The position numbers and the translations under genes are program-made. From Enoplolaimus lenunculus (Eukaryota), in assembly GCA_030248215.1 (NCBI GenBank), contig JASANG010000295.1, forward strand, positions 496,001 to 560,000: a stretch of 64,000 bases of DNA. Direction: 5' to 3'. This document shows positions 36,936 to 51,649 of the stretch, one piece after another. The number at the start of each line of letters is the position of its first letter. Positions within the stretch are counted from its first letter, which is position 1. A model generated the notes under the pieces. The model had not been told where the DNA came from. It saw nothing but the letters and a program-made list of their open reading frames with translations, and made no database searches.

Positions 36936-39062
36936 GTTAGAAATTTCCAGGATGTGTATAAAGTGAGCACAGAGTTGAAGCAAGCTTGAGCCAATGACCT
37001 CGCACCTAAGCAAGTGGTCAAGACCTCACGCAAAAAAGTATTTCTGGATTTATTCAGTAAATTATATGTAGCCATAAACCTGAAACGTTTTTCTGCCGCT
37101 TAAGACAATTTTTCTGAAAATAACGAGAAAACCTTTATTTCTTTCCATAAGACTATATTTCATATTTTTCCAAAATTTTATTTCTGTTACAACACAAATA
37201 CTTTTCAAATGTACCTTGCTAATCGTATTTTTCAAATGTAAGAAATTTCTTCTTGAATATCAGAAATGTTACTTTGGGTGTTTATGCGTATTAAATGGGC
37301 TTTGCCGTTTGCTTCTGGAGGCTTTGCGGCAAAATAAAGGTGGTTTTATATAAGCGGTGTGGATGACACCCCTTACTTTAATTTTTTTCAACAGCCTGCC
37401 CAAACTTTTTATATTTCGAGTAATTTCGTTCAGCTGCAATTACAAGTGTAAAATTTAGGTTCAATATAATCGTAAAATCGTTGTCTCTATATACTTTAAA
37501 GGACGTCCATCTTCTAGACTATGCTAAAATCAAGCCATGTTGCTAATAAAAACATGTTTTAAGTCAATAAGCACAGGCACAACGAATGATAATTTCGCAA
37601 ATTTAATTAGCAAGGTTACGAACGACGAATGATAACACGCATATTTTACGGTATAGGATTAATGTAATTTGCTCAACGTTGCGGCACTTGATCAAAACAC
37701 AGTGCCGGAGCGAACAGGGGTGGTGCTACCCCCAAACTCCCGAGGGAAGCGAGCGAGAAGCCAGACGCGTTTCAAAACTGGCGGTTTTTGTTTTAACTGT
37801 TATAGGGTGCGGGTCTATTTAGGGAAGGGGGCCCCAAGTGGGAGGTACGGGGAGGGGGTGGCTGCTCCAGCTCTGTCAAAACCACCTTACACATTAAAAT
37901 TGCAACGTGAGGCTAAGAAATTTATGTTTTTCATCAGTACTGAGAAAAATTTAGCAGTTTCAAAACTCGAAATCAGGAAATTCTATAATTCTTTCCATTT
38001 GTACTTACATGATCAATCACGTATTAGTTTGTAGTAAAGATAACAAAGCATCTGTATGCAGATATAGCAAAAAAGTTTGTGTTTCATTCGGTGAAAATAC
38101 CGCTTATATTTAACACTTGGAACAAATTTTTTGCTAAAATTCTAACCAAAAACAGCCATTTTTTATAAAGTTACTGTTAAACAATTCATTAATTGCGCAA
38201 AAACTCAGCAAAAATCGTCTGAAAAGAATTTTATTGAAATTAAACCATAATTAAAATGTACGCACTGCAATTGCAACATTTACTCATTCTGAGTTGCAAA
38301 ACAGCAAAATGGCACGGAATATCAAACATTGGTATATAAAATATTACGTAGCTACAACAAAATAGAGATCGTAATAAATGAAAAATGAACAGGTGAAAAA
38401 CAACTGTAGAACATAGGGCGCCACGAAAAAAATACGGTCAGGTTCAAAGGGTCCAATATAACCATTGTATGTACATGAAAGAGTGAAACGCGAAACCAAA
38501 TGTGACAGCTTTAATTCTATGGTAGGCAGTTCTTATGAAAAGGCGCTCAGTGTGCCTTTAAGAACGTACCCTGTCTATGTGTGTATTATAGGTGAACACT
38601 AGAGTCTATGTTGATCAGGGGAGTCGCTAGGGTTTTTCGGCAGGGTATCATAACCTGATGCAACATTTTTTTGGCGGCCGAGCGTAGTAAACCAAAAAAT
38701 TTAATTTTGATCTCAAGGATCGAGAAGCTTATTTTATTTAAACAATGTGAAAAGAACCATTCTGGGTATTCAAAAATTTCGGCAGGGGAGATTTCCGCAT
38801 ATTCTTCCAATTGTATACACCCGTGATGCTGATATGTTTAAGGCAAAAGTCACAAATATGTCATAAAAACAGTATACGGTTGATACGTCTTATTATCGGT
38901 CTAGTAAACTTACAGGGCATACAGCGGGGAATTGTTAGGTATGGTAAAAAATATTACTTAGCTATTTAAAGTTAAGGCAATAAAATTGAGGTTATATAAT
39001 GTTGGTTCAAAAGCCTAAAAACACTACCCAGTGACGTAATGTTAGTTGATGCTTTTTATTCG

Positions 39063-39513
39063 TACTGTATTGACCCGAATAAGACAGGAGGTAATAAAAG
39101 GGGAGGGGTCTCCATTTTGAGTCCGAATCAATAGGAGTCCGTATCCCTAATGAGGGTCCGTAAGCGGATAGAGTCCCTAAACCCTAATTAGGGTACATGA
39201 ATGTCAATTAACCATAAATGCAGCGGATAAATGACTCCAGGACCCAATAATTTGAATTCGAAGCGTTAAAGGTTACTTAAATTTTAAAAGTACATCCCTC
39301 AGCATAACCTTGAATTGTCGCTCAAGCTATTGACACAAGACAAATAAACGTTTAATTCAATGGATAATTGCAGTACCGGATACATATCAGTACCGAAGGG
39401 CGGCGGAGCGTGGGTTAAAAATAAATAACAATCCGTAACCGAATAACAAGGGGGGGTACCCTCTGGACAGGCCAAAAAAATATCAGTCCCCCCTTATTCG
39501 GGTCGCTACAGTA
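39063..39513 (+). mobile_element. Tc1/mariner-type MITE
   Basis: tactgtattgacccgaataag ... cttattcgggtcgctacagta, TA on both sides. Confidence 0.85.
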
Positions 39514-40612
39514 GCCTATAATAACGGCGTGTACTTTATATCTGACAAAACAAAACTGATGCATATGCAAGTCGTTGACTGAGGTAGAAGACTTTCAACA
39601 AAATTAACTCAGGAAACTAAAGTCAGAACGCAACAATCAAAGTTTAACTTTAGGTTAGACACACGGGTTTAAGTTTAAGCAAAAACTGAAGGCTCACATT
39701 TCAACCTTGAGCCTCAGTCTACCGTTGAGTAAAAAAATTATTCAATTTAAGTTCTCGCCAGCCATCAATTGCTTAACAAATGTTGGATTTTAAAAATTTA
39801 TGCTTATTTAAGCGTCTCACGACCTGCTCTAATAATTTAACGTGAAAATTTGAAATTTCGAAATATCTCATGTTTTTGTCCAACGGTACCGTTTCTAGGA
39901 GCAAAAAATCTTATTTTTAAAAGTTCAAACTTTAATAAAACAGATCATGAAGAGCTTAAATGCGCAAAAATGTTCAAAATCCGACCATTTTTTGGTAAAT
40001 GCCGGCTTGCGGGGACTTTAACGGACCAGAGAGACTCATATTTCAATATTGGTAATCGCGAAATTAATTTTCAGGTATAAGTAACCGTTTACAATTTTAA
40101 CTTTTTCAAAAGTTCGGCATATTGTTTAGGGTAATTTAACCCTTTCTCACATGAATATTTTCAATTTCATATGAGATGCACTTTCAATGCAAGATTCGAT
40201 CCCCAGTCTCTCGGATGGGAGGCGTTTACGATGACCACTCAGCTATAAGAGCTTAACGCTCGAGCCCGAACGGGGCTCTCACGTCTTGTAAAGATTTTTC
40301 ACTGCATATATATGTTAGAATTATTAAACGCTGCTCACAGTGTCTGTGTTGCTCATATATTACTTGTATTTAGTTGCTCACAGTATACTCTAGGAGTTAA
40401 AGGGTTAATTGAGCATTTGGTTTGGTGGTGAATGATAATGGAACTATTTACATTTGATCCACGTAGAGAAGAGTGCAAGCTCAGACAGTCAAGGGGTATT
40501 CCAAGAAAGGGGCTATACGAGCTTAAACCCTACTATCTGATAAGCCCGTTCTATACTGTCCGGTACTCTGATTTGCTCACCATCGACTCTTGCACATGTT
40601 CTTTCTCTGTTT

Positions 40613-40740
40613 ACGCTTAGGTTTACACTTAGGGTTAGGCTTGAGCTTGGGACGAGGCATGCTTAGGAGTTTGCCGAAACCTATGCCTAAGCCTGAGTTC
40701 TTGCCTAAGTCTGAGCCTAAGCCTAAGCCTTAACCTTAAG
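40613..40740. repeat. Degenerate head-to-head TTAGGC/GCCTAA telomere-like repeats
   Basis: ttaggg/ttaggc variants followed by gcctaagcctaagcc. Confidence 0.55.
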
Positions 40741-41328
40741 GATGGCGGAATCGCGAGAAATGTCCTCCACCGTGGTTAACACTTTGTCAACTCTATATGA
40801 AAAATTTATATTTTAGTCATTTTGAGCGCCGGCAGCCACAATTTTCAACTTCTCACTCCACCCACTGCTTCAAGGACTACTTACCCTTGTATAAATTTCA
40901 ACTCAAAGTTGCAAAACATAACCTCATTCAACTCATTCAACGCAGCGTTATCGGTTATCACTATAATAAAATATATATACCACATGATACTCTACCTAAG
41001 TTAACAGCTGGCACTACACATTAACCGAACCATATCCTATTAAACACAGACCAAAAACACACCAATTCACCAGTTCAACGTAAATTTCGGTATCTTGTTG
41101 GCCAATGAATTAATATTAACAAAAAAATATACATGCAGCGATATCGTCACCTTTTCACTCTTATCTTATAAGAACTCTGCATTTAATACCGCCATACTAC
41201 TAAAATCTGGTTCACGCGAGACACCATGGAAATGCGCGTGAGATGTGTTCTAATGATAACAACGAGACTAAAAAATAATATTGTCGTGGAAATGGACTTT
41301 GGTTTTAAACGGGAAATACTACGCCCAA

Positions 41329-41420
41329 AATATATATATATATATATACACATATATACATATATATATGTATATATATAAATATAGATAGATATATATA
41401 CGTATTATACGTACATATAT
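41329..41420. repeat. Imperfect (TA)n microsatellite
   Basis: Direct reading. Confidence 0.9.
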
Positions 41421-41929
41421 TGTCAAGATGGCAATAATACACAACGTCTGGATGGTAACCGTCTAAGACTGCGAGGCCGATAGTGACATTATAAAAAGAC
41501 AATGACGGAAACAGCTGAGACAATTTAGAATGCCTCGATTTCATAACTGTCCTATATTGGTTTGCTGGCTTCGTTATGACTCCGTATGAGTGATGCAGTC
41601 AGGATGTCTGCGTGAAATACTGGCGTAGCCATAGAGGTCCTTGATTAAAGGGACAATGGCCCCTACAACGGCTTCACAAATAATTTCAGATTACTGCTGT
41701 TTGCAGAAAACAGTTCATTTGCACACGCACAGACTAAATTATACATTTGAAGTGGCATCCCCAACACGAAATTTTAGCAGCGCCTTTGGTTCGAAATGTT
41801 GCATTGCACGGTCACATTGTGAAGAAACAGAATTAATTTGATTATAGCGGATGGTAGGCTGAGTTAAAAACCTTAAACAGTAGTCTATCATGTATAGCTA
41901 GGATTTTATTTCGATAAGGTATATATGTA

Positions 41930-42426
41930 GTGCCCCAAACAGCTATTTAGCCCAGTTGGCAACTGGGACGTCCCTAATGGCAATTGCTGGCCTGGTTATT
42001 CAGGCTTGATTGTGTTCGAGGAATCGGTCTTGCACAATCATTATTTGGCTTCCCATATTCGAAAAGTATAAATTAAACAAGGTTTATATATGTATACAAA
42101 CGAAGCTGTGTGAGCGTGTTCCGTAATGTTTAATGAAATACAGCGTTATGTTTGAGTAATACTGTTTTTATTTCTGTTGTTTTGATTAGCCAATCAGACA
42201 GCGCCCCTGTAATTCTTCATCTCCTATAAACAAAGCATTTTTAATTTATAGTTTGCAAATATGTTGAAGCCAAATAATTTGCGATTTAGTTCTCGTATAT
42301 AGTCAAACCTGAACAATCATTCAAAATTAGTTTGCTTTCCAGTACTTGTCTGGGCTGCCTCAAACAGAAATTGTCTGTTTGGGACGTCCCAAGTAGCCGA
42401 CTGAGGCAAATAACTGGTTGGGGCAC
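41930..42426. mobile_element. MITE with TIRs of about 45 bp
   Basis: gtgccccaaacagctatttagcccagttggcaactgggacgtccc versus gggacgtcccaagtagccgactgaggcaaataactggttggggcac. Confidence 0.65.
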
Positions 42427-45400
42427 GCCAAATGTATATATAATTTTGACATATGTCGCGATTACGTCAACTATTGAACATGTAAAAATAAAATATAGAT
42501 GTGCAACGCTCATGGAATTTGAGGGAAGATATATTTTCCAACATTCACACATGCATACTTCAATGTCCCAATGAAAGGTCGAACGAGCTACTGCAACTTT
42601 TTGATAATTGAATTAAAACTTCGATATTTGGATATTGGCTGGGTTCAAGTCGCCGAATTAAGTAAATACTTAAATTTTCGAGCAAAAAGAAATAAACCCC
42701 AAAGGTCAGCCATTGTCATAAGAAGAAAGTAATAGTTTTGCTTTATATTGAGGATGGACCAGTAATCTACATCTACAATTTCAATTTGACATATGTGAGA
42801 ATGCCTGATCGGTAAATTTGTAATCTATCAAAATTAGTCAGCGACTTAAGTATTTACTTGACTTTAGTACGCTCTTAAAATGGCAAATTGATTAATTAAC
42901 ACGTACTTAAGTACTAACTTGTACTTAAGTAGGGTTTTGGAAACCCCCTTAACAGGTCAAATTCAACGATGGCTTTTATTTGCGATTATTGCAAACATTG
43001 CAATGCTTTGAAATTTACTTCACACGTGGATAAATTTTGTTAAATCCGCGAATACATCATAGCCAGCGGCGGATCCACAAATTTCTGTCAAGATGGGAAA
43101 CGCTGGCACATGTTGTGAAACGCAATTTTTTACTGTTGCTATATATGCCATTAGCAGCGAAAAATTGTAAGGTAGCGACCTTATCATTTTATAACCAAAA
43201 AATTGGGGGGTGGCCAAAAATTGTAAGGCAGGGACCTTACCACATTATCACAAAAAACAGTCAAAATGATTTGTGACCGATCGGTTATTTTCACCTACGC
43301 AGATGTTAACATAATAGAAGTACGTTTAACACATGAACATTAAAATGAAGAAAATTTAATGACCACCCGAATTTTTGTACACAACAGTACATATTTGCTG
43401 GCTTAAAAGCATGCTTTATAAACGTTTCAGCAAATTTTGAAAGCCTTTTTTTGCTTATTAAGCTAGCAAAATCAGTTGCAGGCATTTAAAATTTAACTCT
43501 ATATTTGGTTTTAAAAACAATTACCAGTAATGTAGGTGCAATTATCTTATTTATGATTATATAATTGCTAGACGCCTGTAGCCAGCAAACCAGCACAACA
43601 GACGAGGGGAACAAAAATTCTGGAAGGCTTACGGTTAAAGGGTGGCGAAAATTCAGAAAAGCTGGTGCGTGGCAAGCCGAGAAATAAGGATATACAATAT
43701 ATATTTTATATATGTATATATGCATATATGCATTAGTTGAGACAAATTGATTTAAAGACAATCAAAGAAAACATATGCAATGAGTATTGGCCCTGAACTA
43801 AATTCAGCTATACCCATAACCAATAGTTGACGTTCTTTAAAACTTGTAATGTTTAGCAAGTGCTTTTGATTGAAGAAAAGTTGAAGCTAAAATCTGCTGC
43901 ACGCGTAATATGACTGCTATAATGAGACAAAATTAGATGTATTACTAAACTAAATAATATAAGCCGACATCGATTTCCGCAGAAAATCAACACCGGCTTA
44001 CAGTATAATTTTTTCCGAAATTCAATGCAAATTCGGTGCTGAGATATTTGGTGTATTTGTATAAGTTTTGCAGTTCAATGAGTTATGCAAGCTTGGAAGA
44101 ATTATTAAACTTTAGTTACACTAAATTGTCAAAAAAGAAATTTATAACCAATCTTTTGACAACACTTTGAAAATTATGGTCAAAATTAATTAGGGCGTTA
44201 ATTTCGTCACATTCCGAATTAGAACTATTAACCATAAGTTGGAAAATAATAGAGTTCCTGGTATTTCCATAATGGAAACGAACACCGATTTTTACCGGAA
44301 ACTGAAACGAATTTCCGGTTACACTTTAAGATTATCCAATTCAACACCATTTTATAGCCTAATTTTGGCACAACTACAGTTTCGGGTACGGCTGCGGCAA
44401 AATTTCTTGACCCCCCTACTCCGGTTTTTCACCTTCGTTTGCACCCTGGTTATCTCGCTAATTCATTAGTACTACATCTACGAGGAGTATTTTCATTCTT
44501 ATTTTAATTTCGAACTTTTTGGCATGCAGCTTCCTCAATTTGTTAGCAAATACACTTTAAGTAGTTATTGGTAAATCACTATCAAAGAAGATGGCAACCA
44601 GAATCACGTCCCATCGACTGGTTTGCCTCGAAAGTTTTTGAGTCAAAAAGTACACGATATTCCAATAGTATTTTAAAGAACTGCAAAATGAAATGAATTG
44701 CGCTATACCAACTATAATTGATATTATTTATATATGGGGTGGCGCCAAAAAAGAGGAACTCGGAACGTTAAAAATTCGTATTCTTTAAAAATTCAAATTT
44801 TGGCGCGAAATGATCACGAGAAGCCATAGGAGGCTCAAATATGCAAAAACTTTAAAAAAACAATCTCTTTTGGGTAAAAGGGGGCTGTAGGAGGGTAACG
44901 GAAAAGACCTCGCGTTTTTAAACGTTAATTTACACTACATTGGATTTATTAATTTTAAAAGCCAACTGTATATAAGTGTTGCCGAAAATGAGTTTTACAG
45001 CTTTCTTTGCCAAACCTCAGGAACTCAAACTTCTAAATAGTACCAAAGTTACAGATAACTCGCTTTAACGACAAGACTTTTTTAAAAATCCAAATAATTC
45101 GCAACTAAAATTGTCCTGGTCTCCGGCGAAGATTCTACTGAAGCCGAAACCGTATGTAGATACTCTACCGGACCCTGACCTCTGATTGTGCCCTAGACGT
45201 TAACAACATTATTTACTGAGTTTCTCAGTCCTTCATAAAACAAGTTTCAAAGATGTGCTTGCATGCATGTGAGCACTATTTTACACCGTTCGCTTAATAA
45301 TTTCAATTTTCTGCTAACCGGTTCAATTTAATAGACTCCACTTTAAAATTTAAAATTTCTTTAAACAAATAGAAGCACTTTAAGAACTCGCAGACCGCAA

Positions 45401-45958
45401 AGCGGATGTCATACTTTGAAGACGAATACTAGTGTCCCAAGTACGACGCTTAATAACCAGCCAGAAATATCGAATTACACCCTTTGTTAAATGCATTCAG
45501 CATGCAAATTACTACAAATTGCACATACAGTTTAAGTACATGGTGATGTTAAAAAATGCGAGCGAGTTGTTGTTAAAAGATTCGTATCGCAACGTTCAAA
45601 CAGGAAACACTCCTAAATCCTATTTTTGAAGACAGACGCTTCAGACAGATTTAGTGATTAAAACAGTTTGTGGTTGGCATGTTGCCATCATGTGCACATA
45701 TCTTAATTTATACGTGGGCAATTTGGTAAAATGCAAAAATGAGTAAAAACAGTTTTTCGTCAACTCGTCTAAAGCCCCATCAATGCTGACATTGTTATTG
45801 ACCAGACGGTATTATGGAATAGAATACGCTTCTGTTATTTTATTACACAAACCCTATATGACAGAAGCTGGTTCAAAATAAAAATCAGTTAGATAGTTTA
45901 GTTATTTAGGTAAGTTAATGTTTAGTTTGTGTTAGTCCGGCAAGCCAGCAGAACATAC

Positions 45959-46106
45959 CTTTTTCCATTTTGGCTCTGTGTCTCTGCTTCCGCCGGATGT
46001 GCTGCGAACACGGCCGGCACTTCCACCATCAGTATCGCGTTGAGTGGTTCGTCCACTGGCCAAGTCCAAAAGGCCTTCTAGCTCTTTCAGTTCCGTATCT
46101 CCCATT
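45959..46106 (-). CDS. K2P/TWK N-terminal exon of isoform A (MGDTELKELEGLLD...EPKWKK)
   Basis: ttttcag acceptor at 46107, ATG at 46105, AAG|gtatgt donor in phase 0; the join gives KWKK-YLKLVLPHVGL. Confidence 0.8.
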
Positions 46107-48428
46107 CTGAAAAGTAAAAAATACCAAAAAATATTTGTGCAAAGATAAATAAATTGCTTCAACAGAAACCTTGAAAATCAAGTTAATTTTTCCTAAAGCC
46201 GGCGTTTGCAGAAAATGATCCGATTTTGAAAATTTGTAATAAGATATCATCATCCACACTCTAGCGACTGTTTCTGGGCAGTTGCTAGCTGCAGCGAAAA
46301 AATAATTGGAAAATTGAAATTATCAGAATTCTTTGAAATCTTAACTAAAAATGAATTATAGTGATAAAGTATGTGCGTTAGGGCGGCGCTATACTTGTAG
46401 TCGCACGTGAGTAATTCGCGTACGATACCACGCCGTGACGGATGGTGACAGATGGCACGGAACGTGGTCAATAGTATAGCGCTACGCTAACTCGGCCAAC
46501 TTCTACAACATTGAGCAACGTAACAGTCCAACCTAAAACCGATAAAAACAGAAACAAAACCAATTTTAAATGTATCAATACGTCCTCAGAGTACGTTAAT
46601 CCTGGCTGAGGCCCCCTACAAAAATTTTGGATTCCCTGACAAATGTTTTAACACCGCTTCTGGGTTATCTAAAATAACAGAATGCAACTAGAAAATTTGT
46701 TAGTTCACAGCTGGCATATTGGGCTGGCTACTCGGGTTCACGCTACAAGTAACGGGTTTGCGCAAATCGATAACGGAAAATAAATATCAATAGTATTTTT
46801 ACATTTGAGAAATTTTAAATTTTAAAAACATTACACACTGTGATCACAAACCTTTGTTATGTGCCGAATTTTGTGATGCATACGGTATTATTTAAAATGC
46901 TTGTAATCATGATAATATTTATACAAATAATACAAAAAATTTTCTTAACTAATACAGTTATAGATAAAGGAAATTCAGACACTTTTGAAGCTAATTTCTC
47001 GTTGCAAAGAATTTTCGAAACTCGAGTTTGAAATAAGCGTCGCCAATGTCTACATACGGGGCACGGCACACGATAAAATGGATAACGCATTACTTCAAGC
47101 GCAATCATACCATTTAGCTGATGTATGACTATAGGCTTCTCATATCATTGAACTAGAGAAACGCGGAATGTTTTTGCTTAAGTCAAAACGTTGAGATAGT
47201 TAACACAATACTGAAAACCCCGGAATTGCAGCATGGCAACCACATTTAGCCGGAATGGAAATCGTAACATAAAGTTTGCAGGGATTTCCGCCGGAATCAA
47301 AATTCCGATGGAACACGTTATATGAAATGCTTTTTGGATCAAACCAGTTCCGAGTTTCGACATCAGTATGTTTGCTGCGCACAATTTGAAGCGTTACTGA
47401 GGGTCGAATTTAAAATGCGTAGCTTTTGCAGTTCACTTGTTTAGGACCTACTACCAACCGTGGATGATCAGCTTTTTAGACAAGAGTATGCAACTGAATA
47501 CATTTTTTGTAGAAAAAAGTGCCCACCGCGCGTTGCGTTTTTGTCCGACCTCGCTCATATTGCAGGCACCAAAAACACTCACTGTTTGAGGTAAATCAGG
47601 CTTCAAAGGTTATACCAGCAAACATATTAGTACACGCGAATGTTCAAAAAATATTTGACACCAAAGACTCCATAGTTGCACCCTATTATCACAACAAAGG
47701 TGCGTTATAGTTGCACCCTATTATCACAATACAGGTGTGTTAGATCATCTGTGTACAAGCGTTCGATAAAACACAAATTTCACTGTGAAGAATATGCCAG
47801 AAAATGTCAAATTTAACTTTTGTTTTCACATTTCAACGAAGCATTGAACCGATAAAATAAACGCTTTGCCTAAATTTTCCCTGTCAGGTTTATGTCGAAT
47901 AAGTTCTATTTAACCCAAATGCACTCCAGTGACTATAGTGACACTTCGTGGTTAAATTTTCCAACAAATTTAGTGACATTTAAAATTCTAAAATTATTCA
48001 GCTTTATAACATTTCAAAACAATATTATCGTGCCAGGCGCTGGCAAATGCATACGAAGCCCACTCAGGCCATAACCCTCCCACGAACAGGGATTGAAACC
48101 GGAATTTAGTATTACGATTTAGTGCTAAACTGGGTTTGGCTTATGTCGCTCACACGTTACCATACGTGCACTCCGCATATCCATCGTCCCCCTATACTGT
48201 TTTACAAAGGCTGGCTATACTGTTATTGCGTAACTGTGTGCGGAAATTTTATCTCTAAATATAAATGTCCGCATAGAGTTTATTGCATTGATTGACATTT
48301 CATATTACTATTTGCGCATTACATTAATATTAAATATAGAATTGCGTGAACTGTCGGACTTTGTCGTTACAGTGTAAAAAATGTCGCCAGAAAGCTCTAA
48401 ATAACATAATTAATTTACTGTGCTTACT

Positions 48429-48760
48429 CCAAAATTTGAATTTTCCTGCCAAAATTTGAATTTCCCGCCCAAATTTCAATTTTCCCGCCAAATTTTTAAT
48501 TTTTCGCCAAAATTCGAATTTGCCGCCAAAACCTGAATTTTCCCGCCAAAATTTGAATTTCCCGCCAAAATTTGACTTTTCTCGCCAAAATTTGAATTTT
48601 CACGCCAAAATTTGAATTCCCCCCAAAATTTGAATTTTCTCGCCAAAATTTGAATTTTCTCGCCAAAATTTGAATTTTCTCGCCAAAATTTGAATTTACC
48701 GCCAAAATTTGAATTTTCCGGCCAAAATTTGAATTTCCGGCCAATGAATTTCGCCGCTAA
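48429..48760. repeat. 20-21-bp minisatellite (ccgccaaaatttgaattttc)
   Basis: About 15 degenerate units; reverse complement of the repeat at 28880-29050. Confidence 0.9.
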
Positions 48761-50947
48761 GGTGTCCCTAATGCGTCTATCATATAAAAATATTGTCCAC
48801 TACACTGCTTTTCAACCATTTCAATGTCCTAGACAGTGTCATTGCAAAACAGTCTTGACCGGATAGAGTTTCCGCGAAACTCTATGTGTCCGCGAATGGC
48901 TGTTATACTACTGGAAAATGAAGGGTTTCGATAAAACATAAGCCGGACAAGCTATTGAATTTCTTTTGGGAGGGGACATTTTGTGTGCCGGTTGCACGTA
49001 TAGTATCGTGTGAGTGACATTAGCGCTTGTGTTGATTGTGATTTTTTAACGTATTGTATATCACACGGCCCCGTTTCAGATAGTTCTAGATACGCTACAG
49101 CGTGCAGAATCAGCGGGCTGGTTAGTACCGGAAAAAATTAAAGCAAGGTGGTATAGTTTATGGTTTTCAGATATATTAAAACATCGTGCATTCGCTTGCA
49201 AAAATGGAATCGAAGTCAAAAAATTCCACTCGCGCAAACTGTCAACACCTTTAAGGGTTTGTGTATATGAAATTTTGTCGCGAGTAGTGTTATCCGTACC
49301 CTAACGACTAGCACAGAGCACATTGTGATGCGCATGAAAGAGGGATAAGGAAAAAAGAGTGTTTGGGTAGGGTTAACGAACGGCACATTTCAAATTTGCC
49401 CACGCAGAACTTCTTTATTGTGAACGGCGCATAAGCATCGCAGAAGTAATGTCCGTGAAACACTTGAAATCCAACGTTAGAAACAAAAATGCCCGACAAC
49501 TTTGAAGTATTTGCAAGTTTTTGCGTGATAGCAGAGCATCGCTCGTCGTAATCGGGTATTAGGAAAGCGGGTGATAGCAACTGAACTGCGACATCATCAA
49601 CAGAAGGTACCCGTATAAAACTTAAAAAATGTTTTCATTCGTTAAGTTCTTTTCCTTTCGGTTGTAAGATAACCAAATACACTTTCGTCCCTTTTTATGC
49701 GGTTGCCAGTGCCGGAGCCGACAGGGGTGGCGGACCCCGAACTCGCGAGCGAAGCGAGCGAGAAGCCTGGCGCATTTTAAAACTTCGGCGGTTTTGTTTC
49801 CTCCGGTTAGAGTGGGGCCCCTTCAAGGGTTCGGCCCCCCAACTGGGCGCAAGGGGTGGCTGCTCCGGCCGTGCCGGTTGCCACCTATGCCGAAGAATTG
49901 GCAGGCGTGTAGCCAGGATTTTATTTCGAGATTAAATATTCAAAAAAATTTCAACGAACGAGCTTGGCGAACGAGAAAATTTGATTTTACTTCTGGTAAA
50001 TTTACAGCACATAAATGTGCGTTTTGCTAATATTTATACGAATTTTGGTGGGATATATTCCCCTATCGCTTCCTTTATACGTTCCTGAGTATTGGGTTTT
50101 TCACCCACCGGCACAATAGCGGCTTTGCAGCTTTAAAGTATACGCTGATTAGGGTTAGTGGCAGCTTCTATGCGCCTTTAAATACGACTTTTTTGTGTGT
50201 AAAAGCGGAAAAAACATTTGAAACAAATCTGTCAAAAATGTCATAAAACGTATACATAAAAGTATGGACGTGAACGTTTTTCGTTTAGTTTGGCTGACTT
50301 CAAACCAGCTATATATTCCATACGCTAATGAGATATTATTTTTACCGGTGATTCGTAGAAACCAAGGAATGCCAAAACACAGCAACCGCTACGATAGCAA
50401 AAAGGGGTCGCGATTCATGGACGTCTTCAAGGGCATCCCAACGGGGGGCATTGGGGGCCCGTGCCCCCCAAATTTAGCTAATGCCCCCAAATAGACTCGG
50501 TCTAATAGCAAATAATTTTGAATTGCAGTTGTAGGGTCCCCCAAAACTATCCGGTGCCATCCGCCTCCAAAAAAATAATTTTCTGCGGACGCCCGTTGAG
50601 TGTGGACATTTTCAAGCATAGATAATTTAACCAATCTGATCATGTTAGTTAATAGTGTTCAAAGTGTGACCCAATCTTTTGAACAGACATTTCTGGTTCT
50701 GTTTCAATAGTACTTGATTTAAAGTGCGATCACGATCAAATTACCGAAAAACTGCTTTAAAGACAGCTTCAAATTCGTAGTTAAGCTGCAAAATCACATC
50801 AATCAAACAGTGTTATGGATGAAACTGTGGGTTGTTGCTTCAAACGCCGGTTATCATTAAACGGTAACGATTGAAACACACTCATCTAATTTTTACGTGT
50901 AACCGCAACCAGCACCCGGAACTAAACCGTCCGGTTGTGAAAGCACA

Positions 50948-51393
50948 TACTGTAGTGACACGAATAACAGGGGGATACTGAAACTTTTTGGCCTCTCCAA
51001 AAGTATCCCCTGTTATTTGGTTACGAACTGTTTTTAACACGCCCTCCGCCACGATTTATTACTGATATATATTCGGTAGGTAAAGCTTGCCACTATCCGG
51101 TTAATTAAACGTTTATTTGTATTGTATCAAAAGCTTAAGCGATAATGCAAGCTAATACTTAGGAATGTACCTTAAAAACTTAAGTACGCTTAAACTTTTG
51201 ACAACAACTTTATTCGGTCCTGGATATATTTATGCACTACAATTATGTATAATTGACACTGATAGGCTCTAATTAGGGTTTAGGGACTCTATCTGCTTAC
51301 GAACTCTTATCAGGAATACGGACTTCTATTGATTGGGAATCAAAATGGGGACACTCTACTTATTACCACACTCTTATTCGGGTCACTACAGTA
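50948..51393 (-). mobile_element. Tc1/mariner-type MITE
   Basis: tactgtagtgacacgaataa ... ttattcgggtcactacagta; same orientation as the 36490 copy. Confidence 0.85.
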
Positions 51394-51649
51394 CTGCTAA
51401 CTATAACCATTTGCAAGTACGTTTAGAAGAGACGGGATTGAGTGGATATACCAATCGCGAATTTTTGGAACAACGACAAATAATAACATTTTAACAGGCT
51501 TTAGAATAAACAAAGGGCAAATAATTCACTGCAAGTCATACGCATCCGTACAAAATCTTAGCAACATCCCTGGTGATTTTCAAAAAACAAATTGAAATTT
51601 TTGATCATGCGTGTCTCATAACAACCAAATTTGCTTATGCAAACCTTAT

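Noticed and set aside
7710..46106. Assigning a specific twk gene symbol
   Set aside because: The M4/C-terminal motif is clearly TWK-type, but orthology within the large nematode twk family needs a phylogeny that I cannot run.
48496..48744. 82-aa repetitive ORF
   Set aside because: Translation of a minisatellite.
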